From an uncultured cyanobacterium (lineage in GTDB: Bacteria; Cyanobacteriota; Cyanobacteriia; Cyanobacteriales; Nostocaceae), in NCBI GenBank assembly GCA_963740315.1, contig CAVUDP010000001.1, forward strand, positions 288,001 to 352,000: DNA of 64,000 bases. Direction: 5' to 3'. Positions within the stretch are counted from its first letter, which is position 1, and each line of letters begins with the position of its first letter. Below are positions 40,238-51,765 of this stretch, in pieces. The notes under the pieces were generated by a model. The model had not been told where the DNA came from. It did not search any database and saw only the letters and a list, made by a program, of their open reading frames with translations. Made by a program: the position numbers and the translations under genes.

Positions 40238-40870
40238 TTATTCACAATTTTTCAAAGCTTCAATATCGCCATCAACAATCTTCTCTAAATTACGAGAAAT
40301 TTTCTCAATATCCCAATTCCACCAAGCAATTTTTAACAAAGTCTCAATAACATCATCCGCAAAGCGTTTTTTTATTTCTTTCGCCGGATTTCCCCCTACT
40401 ATGGTATATGGTAAAACGTTCTTAGTAACAACTGATTTTGAAGCAATAATTGCTCCATCACCAATCTCAATTCCTGGCATAATTACGGCTTCATAACCTA
40501 TCCAAACATCGTTACCAATTACAGTATCGCCTTTATTCGGTAGTTCATCTTGCTGCGGAGTTACTTTCTCCCAACCATTACCAAATATTTGAAAAGGATA
40601 GCTAGAAAAACCCGAAATTTTATGATTTGCACCATTCATAATAAACTTTACACCTGTTGCTAAAGCGCAAAATTTACCGATAATTAATTTATCGCCAATA
40701 AAAGGGAAATGATAAAGAACATTACGCTCGAAATTCTCGGAATCTTCTAAGTCATCGTAATAAGTATAATCTCCGATAATTATATTTGGATTCGATACCG
40801 TATTTTTGATAAAGCAGATTTGGGGAAATCCCTTCATCGGATGTTTTTCGTTTGGATTTGCACCGTACAT
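40238..40870 (-). CDS. Vat/CatB-type xenobiotic O-acetyltransferase (hexapeptide repeat)
   Basis: [42 protein letters not shown]. Confidence 0.9.
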   Translation of the reverse strand: MYGANPNEKHPMKGFPQICFIKNTVSNPNIIIGDYTYYDDLEDSENFERNVLYHFPFIGDKLIIGKFCALATGVKFIMNGANHKISGFSSYPFQIFGNGWEKVTPQQDELPNKGDTVIGNDVWIGYEAVIMPGIEIGDGAIIASKSVVTKNVLPYTIVGGNPAKEIKKRFADDVIETLLKIAWWNWDIEKISRNLEKIVDGDIEALKNCE

Positions 40871-41101
40871 TTATAAAGAGTGAGTCAGGAATATAAAAAC
40901 AAAAAGGATGAGTTCTCAACCCATCCTAAGATTATAAAACTGATTGTATCGCCGTGACCAAAAATCAAAAAACCAGAAATCTGGGTAGTAGATTGAGTTA
41001 AAGACTCACTTGATTATTTAATATAAAAAAGTGTTATTTACGCCTTGAACCCAAACATTGCCACTACTAACTGGTTACTGATTACTGATTACTGGTTACT
41101 G

Positions 41102-42322
41102 TTAATAAACATTCCAAGCTGGTTCATTATCTGGTAAATACTCACCTTCAGCAATGGTACCATCCATCATCCAAATGGCAGTTCCTCCGGTGGTACTATC
41201 GCGCCAGAAAATATCGGTTTTACCGTTGCCATTGTAATCTCCGAAGGTGGGTTCCCAACTTAGATCGTTGGAAGGTAAGAAAGCTTTAGTTAAAATATTT
41301 CCCCCATTCATTAACCAAGCTGTATTTTCGCCGCTTTGGGTATTGTGCCAGAAAATATCTGTTTTACCATCACCGTTGAAATCCCCAGTATTGGCTTCCC
41401 AAGCAGAACTTAATTGATCTAAAGTTTCTTCATTAAAAATGACATCGTTAAACAAAGTACCATTCAAGATCCAAACTTCATTCTCTCCACTAGCTTGATT
41501 GCTCCAGAGAATATCAGCCCGTGAATCTCCATCGAAATCACCGAAGGTAGGATTCCAACTAGTATCTATTTGTTGCACGGCATAACCATTTGCATTGGTA
41601 CCATCCATATACCAAGCAGCGTTTTCACCCGTTACACTATTGCGCCAAAAGATATCGGTTTTACCGTCATTATTGAAATCAGTAACGCTGTAATCCCAAA
41701 TTAAATCGGTTGTGGGTAGATAAGCAGCATTGGTGACTTCTTTGCCATCCATAATCCAAGCCGCATTTTCACCCGTTTGGGTATTTCGCCAAAAAATATC
41801 GCTTTTGCCATCGCCGTTAAATTCAGCAATAGTAAAATCCCAATTGGAATCAATTTTTTGAATTGTCTCTTGGGAACTGATATTAGTGCCATCCATTTGC
41901 CAGACGACATTTTCTCCGGTACTTTGATTTCTCCAGAAAATATCAGTTTTGTTATCGTTATTGAAATCGGCGAAACTAAAATCCCAACCTGCATCAACAT
42001 CTCTAAGAATCTCTGCATTTGGATTAATACCGTCCATTAACCAAATTGCAGTTTCACCAGTTTGGGTATTGCGCCAAAATTTATCATTTTTACCATCACC
42101 GTTGAAATCGACATCAACTGCTGCACCGCTAAAAATTTTATTAGGGTTAGAGTTTCTGTTGGCAGTTACAAGCCCATCCTCTTGTAGCGATTGGGAAGAA
42201 CCTTTTAAAGTTAAATCGCTATCGAAGGAGATATTCTCGTCAAAAGTATTGTTTGAAATGGTGGCATATTCTGTATTCAAAGCGTTTACAGATACACCAG
42301 AGTTATTTTCAGTTGAAAACAT
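41102..42322 (-). CDS. FG-GAP/VCBS-repeat beta-propeller protein
   Basis: Seven DFNGDGKxDIFWRN..TGENxxWxMDG repeats. Confidence 0.9.
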   Translation of the reverse strand: MFSTENNSGVSVNALNTEYATISNNTFDENISFDSDLTLKGSSQSLQEDGLVTANRNSNPNKIFSGAAVDVDFNGDGKNDKFWRNTQTGETAIWLMDGINPNAEILRDVDAGWDFSFADFNNDNKTDIFWRNQSTGENVVWQMDGTNISSQETIQKIDSNWDFTIAEFNGDGKSDIFWRNTQTGENAAWIMDGKEVTNAAYLPTTDLIWDYSVTDFNNDGKTDIFWRNSVTGENAAWYMDGTNANGYAVQQIDTSWNPTFGDFDGDSRADILWSNQASGENEVWILNGTLFNDVIFNEETLDQLSSAWEANTGDFNGDGKTDIFWHNTQSGENTAWLMNGGNILTKAFLPSNDLSWEPTFGDYNGNGKTDIFWRDSTTGGTAIWMMDGTIAEGEYLPDNEPAWNVY

Positions 42323-42687
42323 TGTGTTTAATTATCACTAATATCTCTCAGTTTTAACTGATTTTTACAATATCTTTTGTCAAGGGCTAACATATAATTT
42401 ATTTTTAACTGTTGTTGATGATAAATGTTTTCAGTATCATTTTTCATAGTTATTTTATAGTTGTTTAAATTTAATTTAATTAGCTATAGCTCTAAATATA
42501 TTTTAGCTTTATTTCTTTGGATAGAGGTAGTTAAAATTTATTTAATTAAATCTTAAAATTATTAAAACCACTAGATATAGAAATCTATATAGAAAAACCC
42601 GGCTTAAAAAAACCGGGTTGATTAATGATGATAAATTGCTTAGATATCAGATAAAAGGAATTTAGGAGTTACTTTCCTGATTACCTA

Positions 42688-43887
42688 TTACCCAAGAACC
42701 CATTCTGTAGGTAGTGAAGGCAACTCTTCTTGAGCGACATCCGCACCATTTACCCGAAGAAGCATATTTTCACCAGTTTGGGTATTGCGTCCGAAAACAT
42801 CTGTATCGCCATCACCATCGTAATCGCCGATACTTACATCCCATTCAGCACCAACTTGTGGGATGTCGATGGGAGTAGCTGTAGCACCATCCATAATCCA
42901 AACGGTGTTTTCTCCAGTTGCCTGATCGCGCCATAAGATGTCCATTTTGCCATCAGCATTGAAATCGCCAATATTGGATTCATAGCCTGAACCTAAAGTA
43001 GGTAAATCTGCTGGAGTAGCAGTAGAGCCATTCATCAACCAAACTTTAGTTTCGCCGGTGCTGGTATTTTCCCAAAGGATATCGGTAGTAAAGTTACCAT
43101 CGAAATCACCTTCTTCATATTTCCAACCCGCGCCAAAGGTTTCTAATTGAGTAGATTCTGCACTCAAGCCATTCATAAACCAAATGGCATTTTCACCAGT
43201 TTGATCGTTATGCCAAAATATATCGGTACTGAAGTTGGGATTAAATTCACCAACAGTATAACTCCATGATGAATCTAATTGAGGTAGGAAATCAGCACTA
43301 ATAACAGTATTACCATCCATCAACCAACCGGCATTTTCACCAGTAGTTTCGCTACGCCACATTAAATCGGTTTTACTATCGCCATTGAAATCTGCAATGC
43401 TGAAATCCCATTCGGTACCGAGAGTATCTAAAGCAGTTTCAGATACAATTTCAGTACCATCCATCAACCAAAGAAGATTTTCTCCGGTAGTTTCGCTACG
43501 CCACATTAAATCGGTTTTACCATCGCCATTGAAGTCACCAATGCTGTAATCCCATTCAGTGCCCATAGTATTGATAGCAGCACCAGTAGGAGTAGCACCA
43601 TCCATCAACCAAATAGCATTTTCACCTGTTGCGGTATTATGCCAGAATTTATCGTGAATACCATCTCCATTAAAATCAGCAAAAACAGCGGGACTGCTAA
43701 TATAAGGACTAGGGTTAGGATTCTGTTGAGCATCAAAATCAGAAGTCAACACTTCATTATTTAATGACTGTGAAGAACCACTTAAATTTAGAGTGTTTAA
43801 ATCGTTTTCTGGAGCAAAACTATTATCTTGAATTGACGCAGATTGTAATGCGCTCTGACTCTTTAAGGGATTTGTAGATTCCAACAT
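42688..43887 (-). CDS. FG-GAP/VCBS-repeat beta-propeller protein (paralog)
   Basis: Seven DFNGDG..D..W...TGEN repeats; similar N-terminus and upstream sequence. Confidence 0.9.
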   Translation of the reverse strand: MLESTNPLKSQSALQSASIQDNSFAPENDLNTLNLSGSSQSLNNEVLTSDFDAQQNPNPSPYISSPAVFADFNGDGIHDKFWHNTATGENAIWLMDGATPTGAAINTMGTEWDYSIGDFNGDGKTDLMWRSETTGENLLWLMDGTEIVSETALDTLGTEWDFSIADFNGDSKTDLMWRSETTGENAGWLMDGNTVISADFLPQLDSSWSYTVGEFNPNFSTDIFWHNDQTGENAIWFMNGLSAESTQLETFGAGWKYEEGDFDGNFTTDILWENTSTGETKVWLMNGSTATPADLPTLGSGYESNIGDFNADGKMDILWRDQATGENTVWIMDGATATPIDIPQVGAEWDVSIGDYDGDGDTDVFGRNTQTGENMLLRVNGADVAQEELPSLPTEWVLG

Positions 43888-44103
43888 TGTGTTTATTAAT
43901 TACCAGGTTTCCTCTAACTTTTATCTCTATTTTTATAAAGATTCTGTTAATTTGGAACATATACTCTTTTTTAATAATGTTGAAAATTTATATTTTTTTG
44001 ATAGTTGTAAGCTCTAATTAGTTTTTCAAAAATTGCAACTGTTATTAGTAATATTTAGCTAATTAGTTTGTAGTAAACAATATGCTAAATCTACTCAAGA
44101 ATA

Positions 44104-44286
44104 TTAGGTTTGTAGTAAGGACTTTAGTCCTCTCAGACAAGGGTTAAAACCGGCACGTAGAACTCTTAGGTTTGTAGTAAGGACTTTAGTCCTCTCAGAC
44201 AAGGGTTGAAACCGGCACGTAGAACTCTTAGGTTTGTAGTAAGGACTTTAGTCCTCTCAGACAAGGGTTAAAACCCTGACTACGAA
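44104..44286. repeat. Three tandem 62-bp units built on a family B palindrome
   Basis: Units start at 44104, 44166 and 44228 with near-identical sequence. Confidence 0.9.
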
Positions 44287-44289
44287 TTA

Positions 44290-45495
44290 CTATGCATGAA
44301 ACTTCTTCCATTTTGAGAAGGGTAATTCAACTAAGTAGTAAGTAACTGTTGCTAATACGGTTGATAAAATCAAGGTTGCTGTCAATCTGATATAAAACGC
44401 TTCTATGGGAATTTCTGCGTTAAAAATATCGTAAGTTCTGGTGATGATTGGCATATGCCAAATATAAATTCCGTAGGATAAGTTACCTATTATTTCTAAT
44501 ATTCTGACAGGATTTTTTAAAATAGCGTTGAATGATAACTTTTCATGTTTAGTAAATTCGTGATAAATATCTTTTTCAAAAGCAAATATAAAAAATGAGG
44601 TGATAATTGCCGTCAACGGTTGCAATATCAATATTGTTGTTAATGTTCTCCAGCCTCCGCTCCGATTCGGTAAATTCCATAACTCTTGGTAATATAAATG
44701 ATGTGCGGAGAATAGATACAGTAAAATTATCAGTGTTACAGCAAATATTTTAGTAGTTAATGATTTTGTTTGATTAGAAAATCCTTTATAATTCCGAATC
44801 AATCCATTGACGAAAAAGCCACACAAAAATAAATCTAAATTGGTAATCAAGGGAGTATACCAATATTTAAATGCATATCCCATTTCTTGTGTAATTTCTT
44901 TCTGAAAACTTATCCAAAGTAAACTTCTTAAAATAAAACTTGCAAAAATTATCATAAAAGCAGCAATAAATACTTTTTTTTGATTATTTAAACGATTTTG
45001 AATCAAGCTATAAATAAAAGGGACGATTAAATAAAACTGTACTTCTGTTGATAACGACCAAAAAACATCATTGAATTTAACCGCTTCAAAACTAATATAT
45101 GGATGATAAGTAAACGTAGATATTCTGAATAGATAACCCCAATTAGAAAACTTGAGAACTTCCGGATAAACGAATACTGCTAAAATTAGTACGGCAAAAT
45201 AATACAGTGGAAATATTCTCAAAGCCCGATTGCGCCAAAACTTGATAACTCCTGCTATATCATTCCTGTAGCGCTTTGTATAGAAAACCTTCCCCATCAA
45301 ATAACCGGATAAAACAAAGAAAATCCAAACTGCGATCGCGCCGTGACTAAACATCAACCAACTTAAATCAAAACCGTCATAAATAATTGATTTTCTAGGG
45401 GGAGCGCAATGAATTGTTACTACCATCAAACAGGCAAAACCGCGTAGAGCCAGTAATGCATCTAAGCGATTATTTTTGATATTATTTGATTGCAT
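44290..45495 (-). CDS. Acyltransferase-3 (OafA-like) membrane O-acyltransferase
   Basis: LRGFACLMV, FFVLSGYL, RALRIFPLY, WSLSTEVQFY, SYGIYIWH. Confidence 0.92.
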   Translation of the reverse strand: MQSNNIKNNRLDALLALRGFACLMVVTIHCAPPRKSIIYDGFDLSWLMFSHGAIAVWIFFVLSGYLMGKVFYTKRYRNDIAGVIKFWRNRALRIFPLYYFAVLILAVFVYPEVLKFSNWGYLFRISTFTYHPYISFEAVKFNDVFWSLSTEVQFYLIVPFIYSLIQNRLNNQKKVFIAAFMIIFASFILRSLLWISFQKEITQEMGYAFKYWYTPLITNLDLFLCGFFVNGLIRNYKGFSNQTKSLTTKIFAVTLIILLYLFSAHHLYYQELWNLPNRSGGWRTLTTILILQPLTAIITSFFIFAFEKDIYHEFTKHEKLSFNAILKNPVRILEIIGNLSYGIYIWHMPIITRTYDIFNAEIPIEAFYIRLTATLILSTVLATVTYYLVELPFSKWKKFHA

Positions 45496-45864
45496 TTATA
45501 TTGCTGAATAGTGATTCCAGTAAAAATTGATAAATGCAAATTTTAGTTAACCCTGTTTTATCGACTTTAATTCAAATGAAATACTAACTTTTAACCGATT
45601 TTTTCATAAAAAGGTTGCCATGTTGGCAATGGTACCCAAACTTACTACCATTATTGATATAAAAAACCGCAGAGGAAAGAGGTTTCATAGAGATAGAAGT
45701 ATTTATTCGAGCAATCAAAAAATAATTCCCACAAATGTAGAGAGCTCCGCACTGCTACGTCTCCATACAATTTCGAGAAAAACGAGTTAAATCCAAAATC
45801 TAAAATCCAAAATCTAAAATAGTATTACCTTGGAGAAATATAAACAACACGATATCGGATAACT

Positions 45865-47175
45865 ATGCAAGCAGAGTATCGGCAGCGACGGGATGCATTA
45901 ATGTCAAAGATTGGTAGCGGTACGGCAATTTTTCGCAGTGCGCCTATGGCTGTGATGCACAATGATGTAGAATACGCTTACCGTCAAGATAGTGATTTCT
46001 TCTATTTAACTGGTTTGAACGAAGCCGAAGCTGTAGCGGTTTTAGCGCCTCACCACGACGAACATAAGTTTATATTGTTCGTACAGCCCAAGGATATTAC
46101 CAAAGAAGTTTGGAGTGGTTATGTCACCGGGGTTGATGCAGCCAAGGAAAAGTACGGTGCTGATGAAGCCTACCCCATCAACGAATTAAACGAAAAATTA
46201 CCTCAATATTTAATCAACGCAGACAAAATTTATTATCGTTTGGGACGAGATAAGTCTTTTAACGAAACTGTTCTCACCCATTACCAAAGATTATTACGAA
46301 CTTATCCCAAACGCGGTTTCGGTCCTACAGCAATTCAAGATACCTGCACCATTTTACATGGAATGCGGATGGTTAAAAGCGAATCCGAATTGGAATTAAT
46401 GCGAAAAGCCGCCGATATCGCCGTGGAAGCGCATAATTTAGCCTTAGAAATGGCGAAACCGGGAGTTTACGAATACGAAATTCAAGCAGAGATGGAGCGC
46501 ATTTTTAGAAAACACGGTGGGTTAGGACCTGCATATCCTTCTATCGTCGCATCGGGTGCTAATTCCTGCATACTTCACTACATCGAAAACAACCGTCAAA
46601 TGCAAGACGGAGATTTACTTTTAATTGACGCAGGTTGTTCCTATGAATATTACAACTCCGATATTACCCGCACGTTTCCCGTTGGTGGAAAGTTTACCGA
46701 CGAACAAAAGACGCTGTATGAATTAGTTTTGGATGCACAGAAACAGGCGATCGCACAAGTAAAGCCGGGAAATGCTTATAATTCAATTCACGATACCGCT
46801 TTACGAGTGCTTGTAGAAGGAATGGTTGAACTAGGTATTCTCAAAGGTGAAGTTGATAAATTAATTGAAGAAGAGAAATACAAACCTTATTATATGCACC
46901 GCACCGGGCATTGGTTGGGTTTAGATGTTCATGATGTCGGAGTTTACCAACACGGTAAAGATAACCCGTTAATTCTGCAACCCGGACAAATTCTAACAGT
47001 AGAACCTGGAATTTATATTGTACCCGAAGCCAAACCCGCAGAAGAACAGCCGCAAGTCGATCGAAAATGGATGGGAATCGGAATTCGTATCGAAGATGAT
47101 GTTTTAGTCACCGAAAGCGGATGTGAAGTGTTAACGAAGGGAGTTGATAAGGAAGTCGAGGATATGGAGAGGTAA
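45865..47175 (+). CDS. pepP: Xaa-Pro aminopeptidase
   Basis: YRQDSDFFYLTG, LLIDAG, SDITRT, HWLGLDVHD, TVEPG, GIRIEDD. Confidence 0.95.
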   Translation: MQAEYRQRRDALMSKIGSGTAIFRSAPMAVMHNDVEYAYRQDSDFFYLTGLNEAEAVAVLAPHHDEHKFILFVQPKDITKEVWSGYVTGVDAAKEKYGADEAYPINELNEKLPQYLINADKIYYRLGRDKSFNETVLTHYQRLLRTYPKRGFGPTAIQDTCTILHGMRMVKSESELELMRKAADIAVEAHNLALEMAKPGVYEYEIQAEMERIFRKHGGLGPAYPSIVASGANSCILHYIENNRQMQDGDLLLIDAGCSYEYYNSDITRTFPVGGKFTDEQKTLYELVLDAQKQAIAQVKPGNAYNSIHDTALRVLVEGMVELGILKGEVDKLIEEEKYKPYYMHRTGHWLGLDVHDVGVYQHGKDNPLILQPGQILTVEPGIYIVPEAKPAEEQPQVDRKWMGIGIRIEDDVLVTESGCEVLTKGVDKEVEDMER

Positions 47176-47193
47176 GGGGGAGATGGGGGATGG

Positions 47194-47325
47194 GGAGATG
47201 GGGAGTACTTCGACAAGTCTTACAGTGAGCTACGTCGAACTGCTCAGTAACCTTTGGGGAGATGGGGAGTACTTCGACAAGTCTTACAGTGAGCTACGTC
47301 GAACTGCTCAGTAACCTTTGGGGGG
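47194..47325. repeat. Tandem duplication of a composite repeat within STRR tracts
   Basis: GGAGATGGGGAGTACTTCGACAAGTCTTACAGTGAGCTACGTCGAACTGCTCAGTAACCTTTGGGG occurs twice. Confidence 0.85.
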
Positions 47326-47409
47326 ATGGGGGGACAAGGGGAGATAATTTTTACTAATTCCTCACTCAATACTCCTCACTCCTAACTCAATACTCCTCAC
47401 TCCTCACAT

Positions 47410-47985
47410 TTACCAAATTTCTGCTAAATCCAAAACAAACCCAGGTAAAACATCTTCTCCCGAAACAGTTTGTGGAGATTCTAAAATTTCAACTTCTTGT
47501 TTGGGACGATAAATTTCTATTTGCTTCTGCTTGCGATTAATTAACCAACCTAAAGAAGCGCCATTTTCCATGTATTCCTTCATTTTGGCTCTGGTTTTTT
47601 CCAGAGTGTCGCTGGGGGACATTAATTCAACCACAAAATCGGGACATAAGGGAGCAAATCTTTCTTTTTCTTCTTCTGTCAAAGCATCCCATCTTTCCAT
47701 TTTCACCCAAGACGCATCCGGGCTGCGCTCTGCACCATTAGGAAGTTTGAAACCACCAGAAGAGTCGAAGGTTTTCCCCAGTTTATTTTTTCGATTCCAA
47801 TTTCTTAATTGACAAGTTAAATCGGCATTTCTGTCGCTAGTGATACTTCCTGTTGGTGGCATAATAATTAATTCTCCCGAAGCAGTGCGTTCAAATCTTA
47901 CATCTGGGTTATTCTGACAAAGTTGAAAAAACTGTTCGTCAGTTAGATCGATGTTGTTAATATCTAATTCAAAAGCAGTATTCAT
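47410..47985 (-). CDS. Uma2 family putative endonuclease
   Basis: GELIIMPPTG, RSPDASW, PDFVVELMSPSD, LGWLIN. Confidence 0.92.
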   Translation of the reverse strand: MNTAFELDINNIDLTDEQFFQLCQNNPDVRFERTASGELIIMPPTGSITSDRNADLTCQLRNWNRKNKLGKTFDSSGGFKLPNGAERSPDASWVKMERWDALTEEEKERFAPLCPDFVVELMSPSDTLEKTRAKMKEYMENGASLGWLINRKQKQIEIYRPKQEVEILESPQTVSGEDVLPGFVLDLAEIW

Positions 47986-48152
47986 ATTATTAAATTAGCA
48001 GTGCGTGGTTCTTTTATTTTATTAGGGAGTAGGGAGTAGGGAATAGGGAACGGTAAATTTGTTGGATAACCTATGTAGAGACGCGTTCACGAAGTGAGCC
48101 GAAGGCATTATTATATCGCGTCTCTACACAATGCCCAATGCCCAAAGCCCAA

Positions 48153-48698
48153 TTACCTATTACTTCGCAACTTACGGGTATTGTCAACTAAACTTTGAGC
48201 AAATTCATCTAGACGCTGAGATAATTTTTCGTCTAAAAGTTTACCTTCTTTATCAAAGGCTTTCCATGCTTGCCCGATCGCAATTTGTTCGGGAATTACC
48301 CAAGCATGTACCCAACGCATGATGACGCGCATTTGATTGAGGGCATTACTATTGGATTGTCCCCCTAATATACTTATGCTCCCCGTAACTTTATCGGACA
48401 ATTCTTCAAAACTCATCAAATCTAAAGCGTTTTTCAATACTCCGCTGATACCACCGTGGTATTCTGGTGTTGCTAAAATCAACCCGTCGGCAAGCTTTAC
48501 TGTTTCTTGCAGTCGCTTCACGTCTGGATATTCCGGATATTCGTCTCCCCCATCGCAAAATGGTAGCTTCATCTGCCTTAAATCCAGTATTTCTACTTCG
48601 GCACCCAGGGCTTCTACTCGTTGCACTGCTAAAGCCAAAGCTTGATGAGTGTAAGACTCTGCTCTTAAACTACCGGCGATTCCCACTATCTTTACCAT
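48153..48698 (-). CDS. NADPH-dependent FMN reductase
   Basis: GSLRAES, TPEYHGGISGVLKNALD. Confidence 0.92.
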   Translation of the reverse strand: MVKIVGIAGSLRAESYTHQALALAVQRVEALGAEVEILDLRQMKLPFCDGGDEYPEYPDVKRLQETVKLADGLILATPEYHGGISGVLKNALDLMSFEELSDKVTGSISILGGQSNSNALNQMRVIMRWVHAWVIPEQIAIGQAWKAFDKEGKLLDEKLSQRLDEFAQSLVDNTRKLRSNR

Positions 48699-49052
48699 GA
48701 TTACTTTTAAATACTCTTTTTGCTATAATTAACTTGAAGTCATTACGACTATGAATATTTTAGCGATTAAATTTTAATTGTGTCAAATAGTTGTTTTTAT
48801 AACCATTCAGTGATAGGTAAGACAGTGGCTTTATGAAAAAAATATGTAAAAATAGTTACTATAGGGAGTGAGAATTTTAAAAGTTTGAAGTATGCGTCCT
48901 GAAAAGTTGACTATGACTTGAAAAAAATGGGGAATGTATTTTTTTGTAGAAGCTACACTTTTATTATTGAGAATAAAATTATTTGCATTGTTGAAAATCG
49001 CAGCCACTGAAATTAGCCCCACCTTACGGCAACAGACAAAGGGTAACTATCT

Positions 49053-50948
49053 ATGAAAAATTTTGAGAAAAAGGCGTTAACGAAACAATCAGCCCTCAAG
49101 CGTAAAGCTTTTGGTGGGTTACTATCAATCACTTTGATGTTGTCAGGGGCTTTTGGGGGAATGCCTGCCTTGGCGCAGCAAAAACAGGAAGACAACCCTC
49201 TTACTTATGGCAAATTGATTGAGAAAATTGACCAAGGTGAAGTTAAGCGACTAGAGCTTGATGAAACCCAGCAGATAGCTCGCGTATATCTGGTGGAATC
49301 CGATAAACCTGAAGAAGTCAAGCTTTTTGACCAAAACCCGGAATTAATTAAAAGGCTCAAAGATAAGAATGTTGAGTTTGAGGAAGTTTCTTCGGAAAAC
49401 AGCAGGGTGGCTGTAAGGCTTTTATTGAACTTGATGTGGATTTTGCCTTTGGTTGCTTTGATGCTGCTGTTTTTGCGTCGTACAGCTAATACATCTTCGC
49501 AAGCGATGAATTTTGGTAAGTCTAAAGCGCGTTTTCAGATAGAAGCGAAAACCGGGATCAAGTTTGATGATGTCGCGGGGATAGAAGAAGCCAAAGAAGA
49601 ACTTGGTGAGGTTGTGACTTTCCTCAAACAGCCAGAAAAATTTACTGCTGTAGGCGCACGCATTCCCAAAGGCGTATTATTGGTAGGACCTCCAGGAACG
49701 GGTAAAACTTTACTGGCAAAAGCAATTGCAGGGGAAGCGGGAGTTCCTTTCTTTAGTATTTCCGGTTCGGAATTTGTGGAAATGTTCGTGGGTGTAGGTG
49801 CTTCCCGCGTTCGCGATTTATTTAAGAAAGCCAAAGAAAACGCTCCTTGTTTGATATTTATCGATGAAATTGACGCTGTGGGAAGACAGCGCGGTGCGGG
49901 TATCGGTGGCGGTAATGACGAACGCGAGCAAACCTTGAACCAGCTACTTACGGAGATGGATGGTTTTGAAGGTAACAACGGTATCATTATTATTGCAGCG
50001 ACAAACCGCCCTGACGTACTGGATGCAGCGCTTTTGCGTCCCGGTCGTTTTGACAGACAGGTGATTGTTGATGCACCCGACCGTAAAGGACGTTTGTCGA
50101 TTTTAGAAGTCCACGCTCGCAATAAGAAAATAGACCCTTCAGTTTCTTTAGAAGTTATCGCTCGTCGTACTCCGGGTTTTACAGGAGCAGATTTAGCGAA
50201 TCTTCTTAATGAAGCGGCGATTCTGACTGCAAGAAGACGTAAGGAAGCAACTACCCAGGTAGAGATTGATGATGCGATCGACAGGTTAACTATTGGGTTG
50301 ACTCTGAATCCTTTGTTAGATAGCAAGAAGAAGCGGTTAATTGCTTATCACGAAGTTGGACATGCTTTACTAGCGACACTTTTAGAAAATGCAGATCCTT
50401 TGAATAAAGTCACAATTATTCCTCGTTCCGGTGGAATTGGTGGTTTTTCCCAACAAACGCCCAATGAAGAAATAATTGATAGCGGTCTTTATAGCAAAGC
50501 TTGGTTGAAAGATAATATTATCATGACCTTGGGAGGAAGAGCATCAGAAGCCGAAGTGTTTGGGGAGAAAGAAATCACGGGTGGTGCTAGTAACGATTTG
50601 AAGCAGGTAACAAGTCTAGCCCGGAAAATGGTAACGATGTACGGGATGTCCGATTTGGGATTAGTAGCCTTAGAAAGTCAGAATCGAGACGTATTTTTGG
50701 GTGGAGATTGGGGTAGTAATCGTAAAGAGTATTCCGAAGACATGGCTACCCAAATCGACAAAAAAGTTCGAGAAATTGCTGAGTCCTGCTATCAAGAAGC
50801 ACGTAAAATCATGAGCAAAAACCGTGCATTATTAGATCGTCTTGTCGATTTATTAATTGAACAGGAAACAATAGAAGGCGAACAGTTTCGGAAAATTGTT
50901 GCGGAATATACGGAGTTACCGAAGAATCAATTGGTGATATCTACGTAA
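49053..50948 (+). CDS. ftsH: ATP-dependent zinc metalloprotease FtsH
   Basis: [21 protein letters not shown] motif, HEVGH. Confidence 0.97.
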   Translation: MKNFEKKALTKQSALKRKAFGGLLSITLMLSGAFGGMPALAQQKQEDNPLTYGKLIEKIDQGEVKRLELDETQQIARVYLVESDKPEEVKLFDQNPELIKRLKDKNVEFEEVSSENSRVAVRLLLNLMWILPLVALMLLFLRRTANTSSQAMNFGKSKARFQIEAKTGIKFDDVAGIEEAKEELGEVVTFLKQPEKFTAVGARIPKGVLLVGPPGTGKTLLAKAIAGEAGVPFFSISGSEFVEMFVGVGASRVRDLFKKAKENAPCLIFIDEIDAVGRQRGAGIGGGNDEREQTLNQLLTEMDGFEGNNGIIIIAATNRPDVLDAALLRPGRFDRQVIVDAPDRKGRLSILEVHARNKKIDPSVSLEVIARRTPGFTGADLANLLNEAAILTARRRKEATTQVEIDDAIDRLTIGLTLNPLLDSKKKRLIAYHEVGHALLATLLENADPLNKVTIIPRSGGIGGFSQQTPNEEIIDSGLYSKAWLKDNIIMTLGGRASEAEVFGEKEITGGASNDLKQVTSLARKMVTMYGMSDLGLVALESQNRDVFLGGDWGSNRKEYSEDMATQIDKKVREIAESCYQEARKIMSKNRALLDRLVDLLIEQETIEGEQFRKIVAEYTELPKNQLVIST

Positions 50949-51105
50949 TATTAAAAACGCTTCGGCATACCCCCAACTTTCTCAAGGTGTGTTGTGGCGA
51001 TCGCTGCTGCTTACTTTTATTTGTAGTAGCTCCGTAGTTAATCAGAAACCCGGTTTTTCCAAAAAACCGGGTTTCTATAATTATTTACGATGCCCTATTA
51101 ATAAT

Positions 51106-51765
51106 TCACCGATTAATAAGTTTGAGTTCTTCGATTTTGATTTGAGATTGTTGAGAACCCCAATTAGATGTATTGGTGGATGATTGATTGGAAAACATTG
51201 CTTTAAGAACCTGCGCTGGATCGACATAATTGCTGCCGTGTCTGAGTACCCAGTGGAGATGAGGTCCTGTGGTACGTCCGGTCATTCCGATACGTCCAAT
51301 TCTGGCTCCTGCGGGTATTTCCTGACCTTTAGCTATTTTAATTCCACCGGCGCGGTCAACCATATAAAGTTTACCGTTAGCTTTTTCTACTTTTCCCTGC
51401 ATATGACAGTAACTGTGTCGCCAGTTACCCGACTTGACGATGATATGCGTACCGCAGGCACCGCCATCGCCAACTTTAATTACCGTACCTCTCCACCAAT
51501 TACGAATGTAGCTGCCGTTAGGAGCGGCGATATCTAAACCGTTGTGAAATTCCCAACCGCGACGATTCGAGGAACGACGATATCCGAAAGGAGATGTGTA
51601 ACTTTGAAAACGTTCAACGGGAAAAGAAGCTGAAGACCAAACGCTATTTTTAGCTAATAATGTGGACTTATTTTCTATAGCTTCAACCGTATTTAAACTA
51701 GGTAATATAGTTGTTATTGCAACAATAAATCCTACTATTATTAATTTAATTAATTTTGCTTTCAT
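51106..51765 (-). CDS. M23 family metallopeptidase
   Basis: HNGLD and TTGPHLH; signal peptide. Confidence 0.92.
   Translation of the reverse strand: MKAKLIKLIIVGFIVAITTILPSLNTVEAIENKSTLLAKNSVWSSASFPVERFQSYTSPFGYRRSSNRRGWEFHNGLDIAAPNGSYIRNWWRGTVIKVGDGGACGTHIIVKSGNWRHSYCHMQGKVEKANGKLYMVDRAGGIKIAKGQEIPAGARIGRIGMTGRTTGPHLHWVLRHGSNYVDPAQVLKAMFSNQSSTNTSNWGSQQSQIKIEELKLINR

Noticed and set aside
44104..44286. Possible CRISPR array (palindromic repeat with 62-bp period)
   Set aside because: The intervening sequences are near-identical rather than unique spacers, the repeat is a dispersed family B element, and no cas genes are present
47194..47325. Possible mini-CRISPR
   Set aside because: Only two identical units embedded in STRR tracts; a simple tandem duplication
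49535..50326. 263-aa minus-strand ORF
   Set aside because: Antisense shadow of ftsH; the same applies to the other short ORFs overlapping hemH, purB, nifJ, chlH and the kinases
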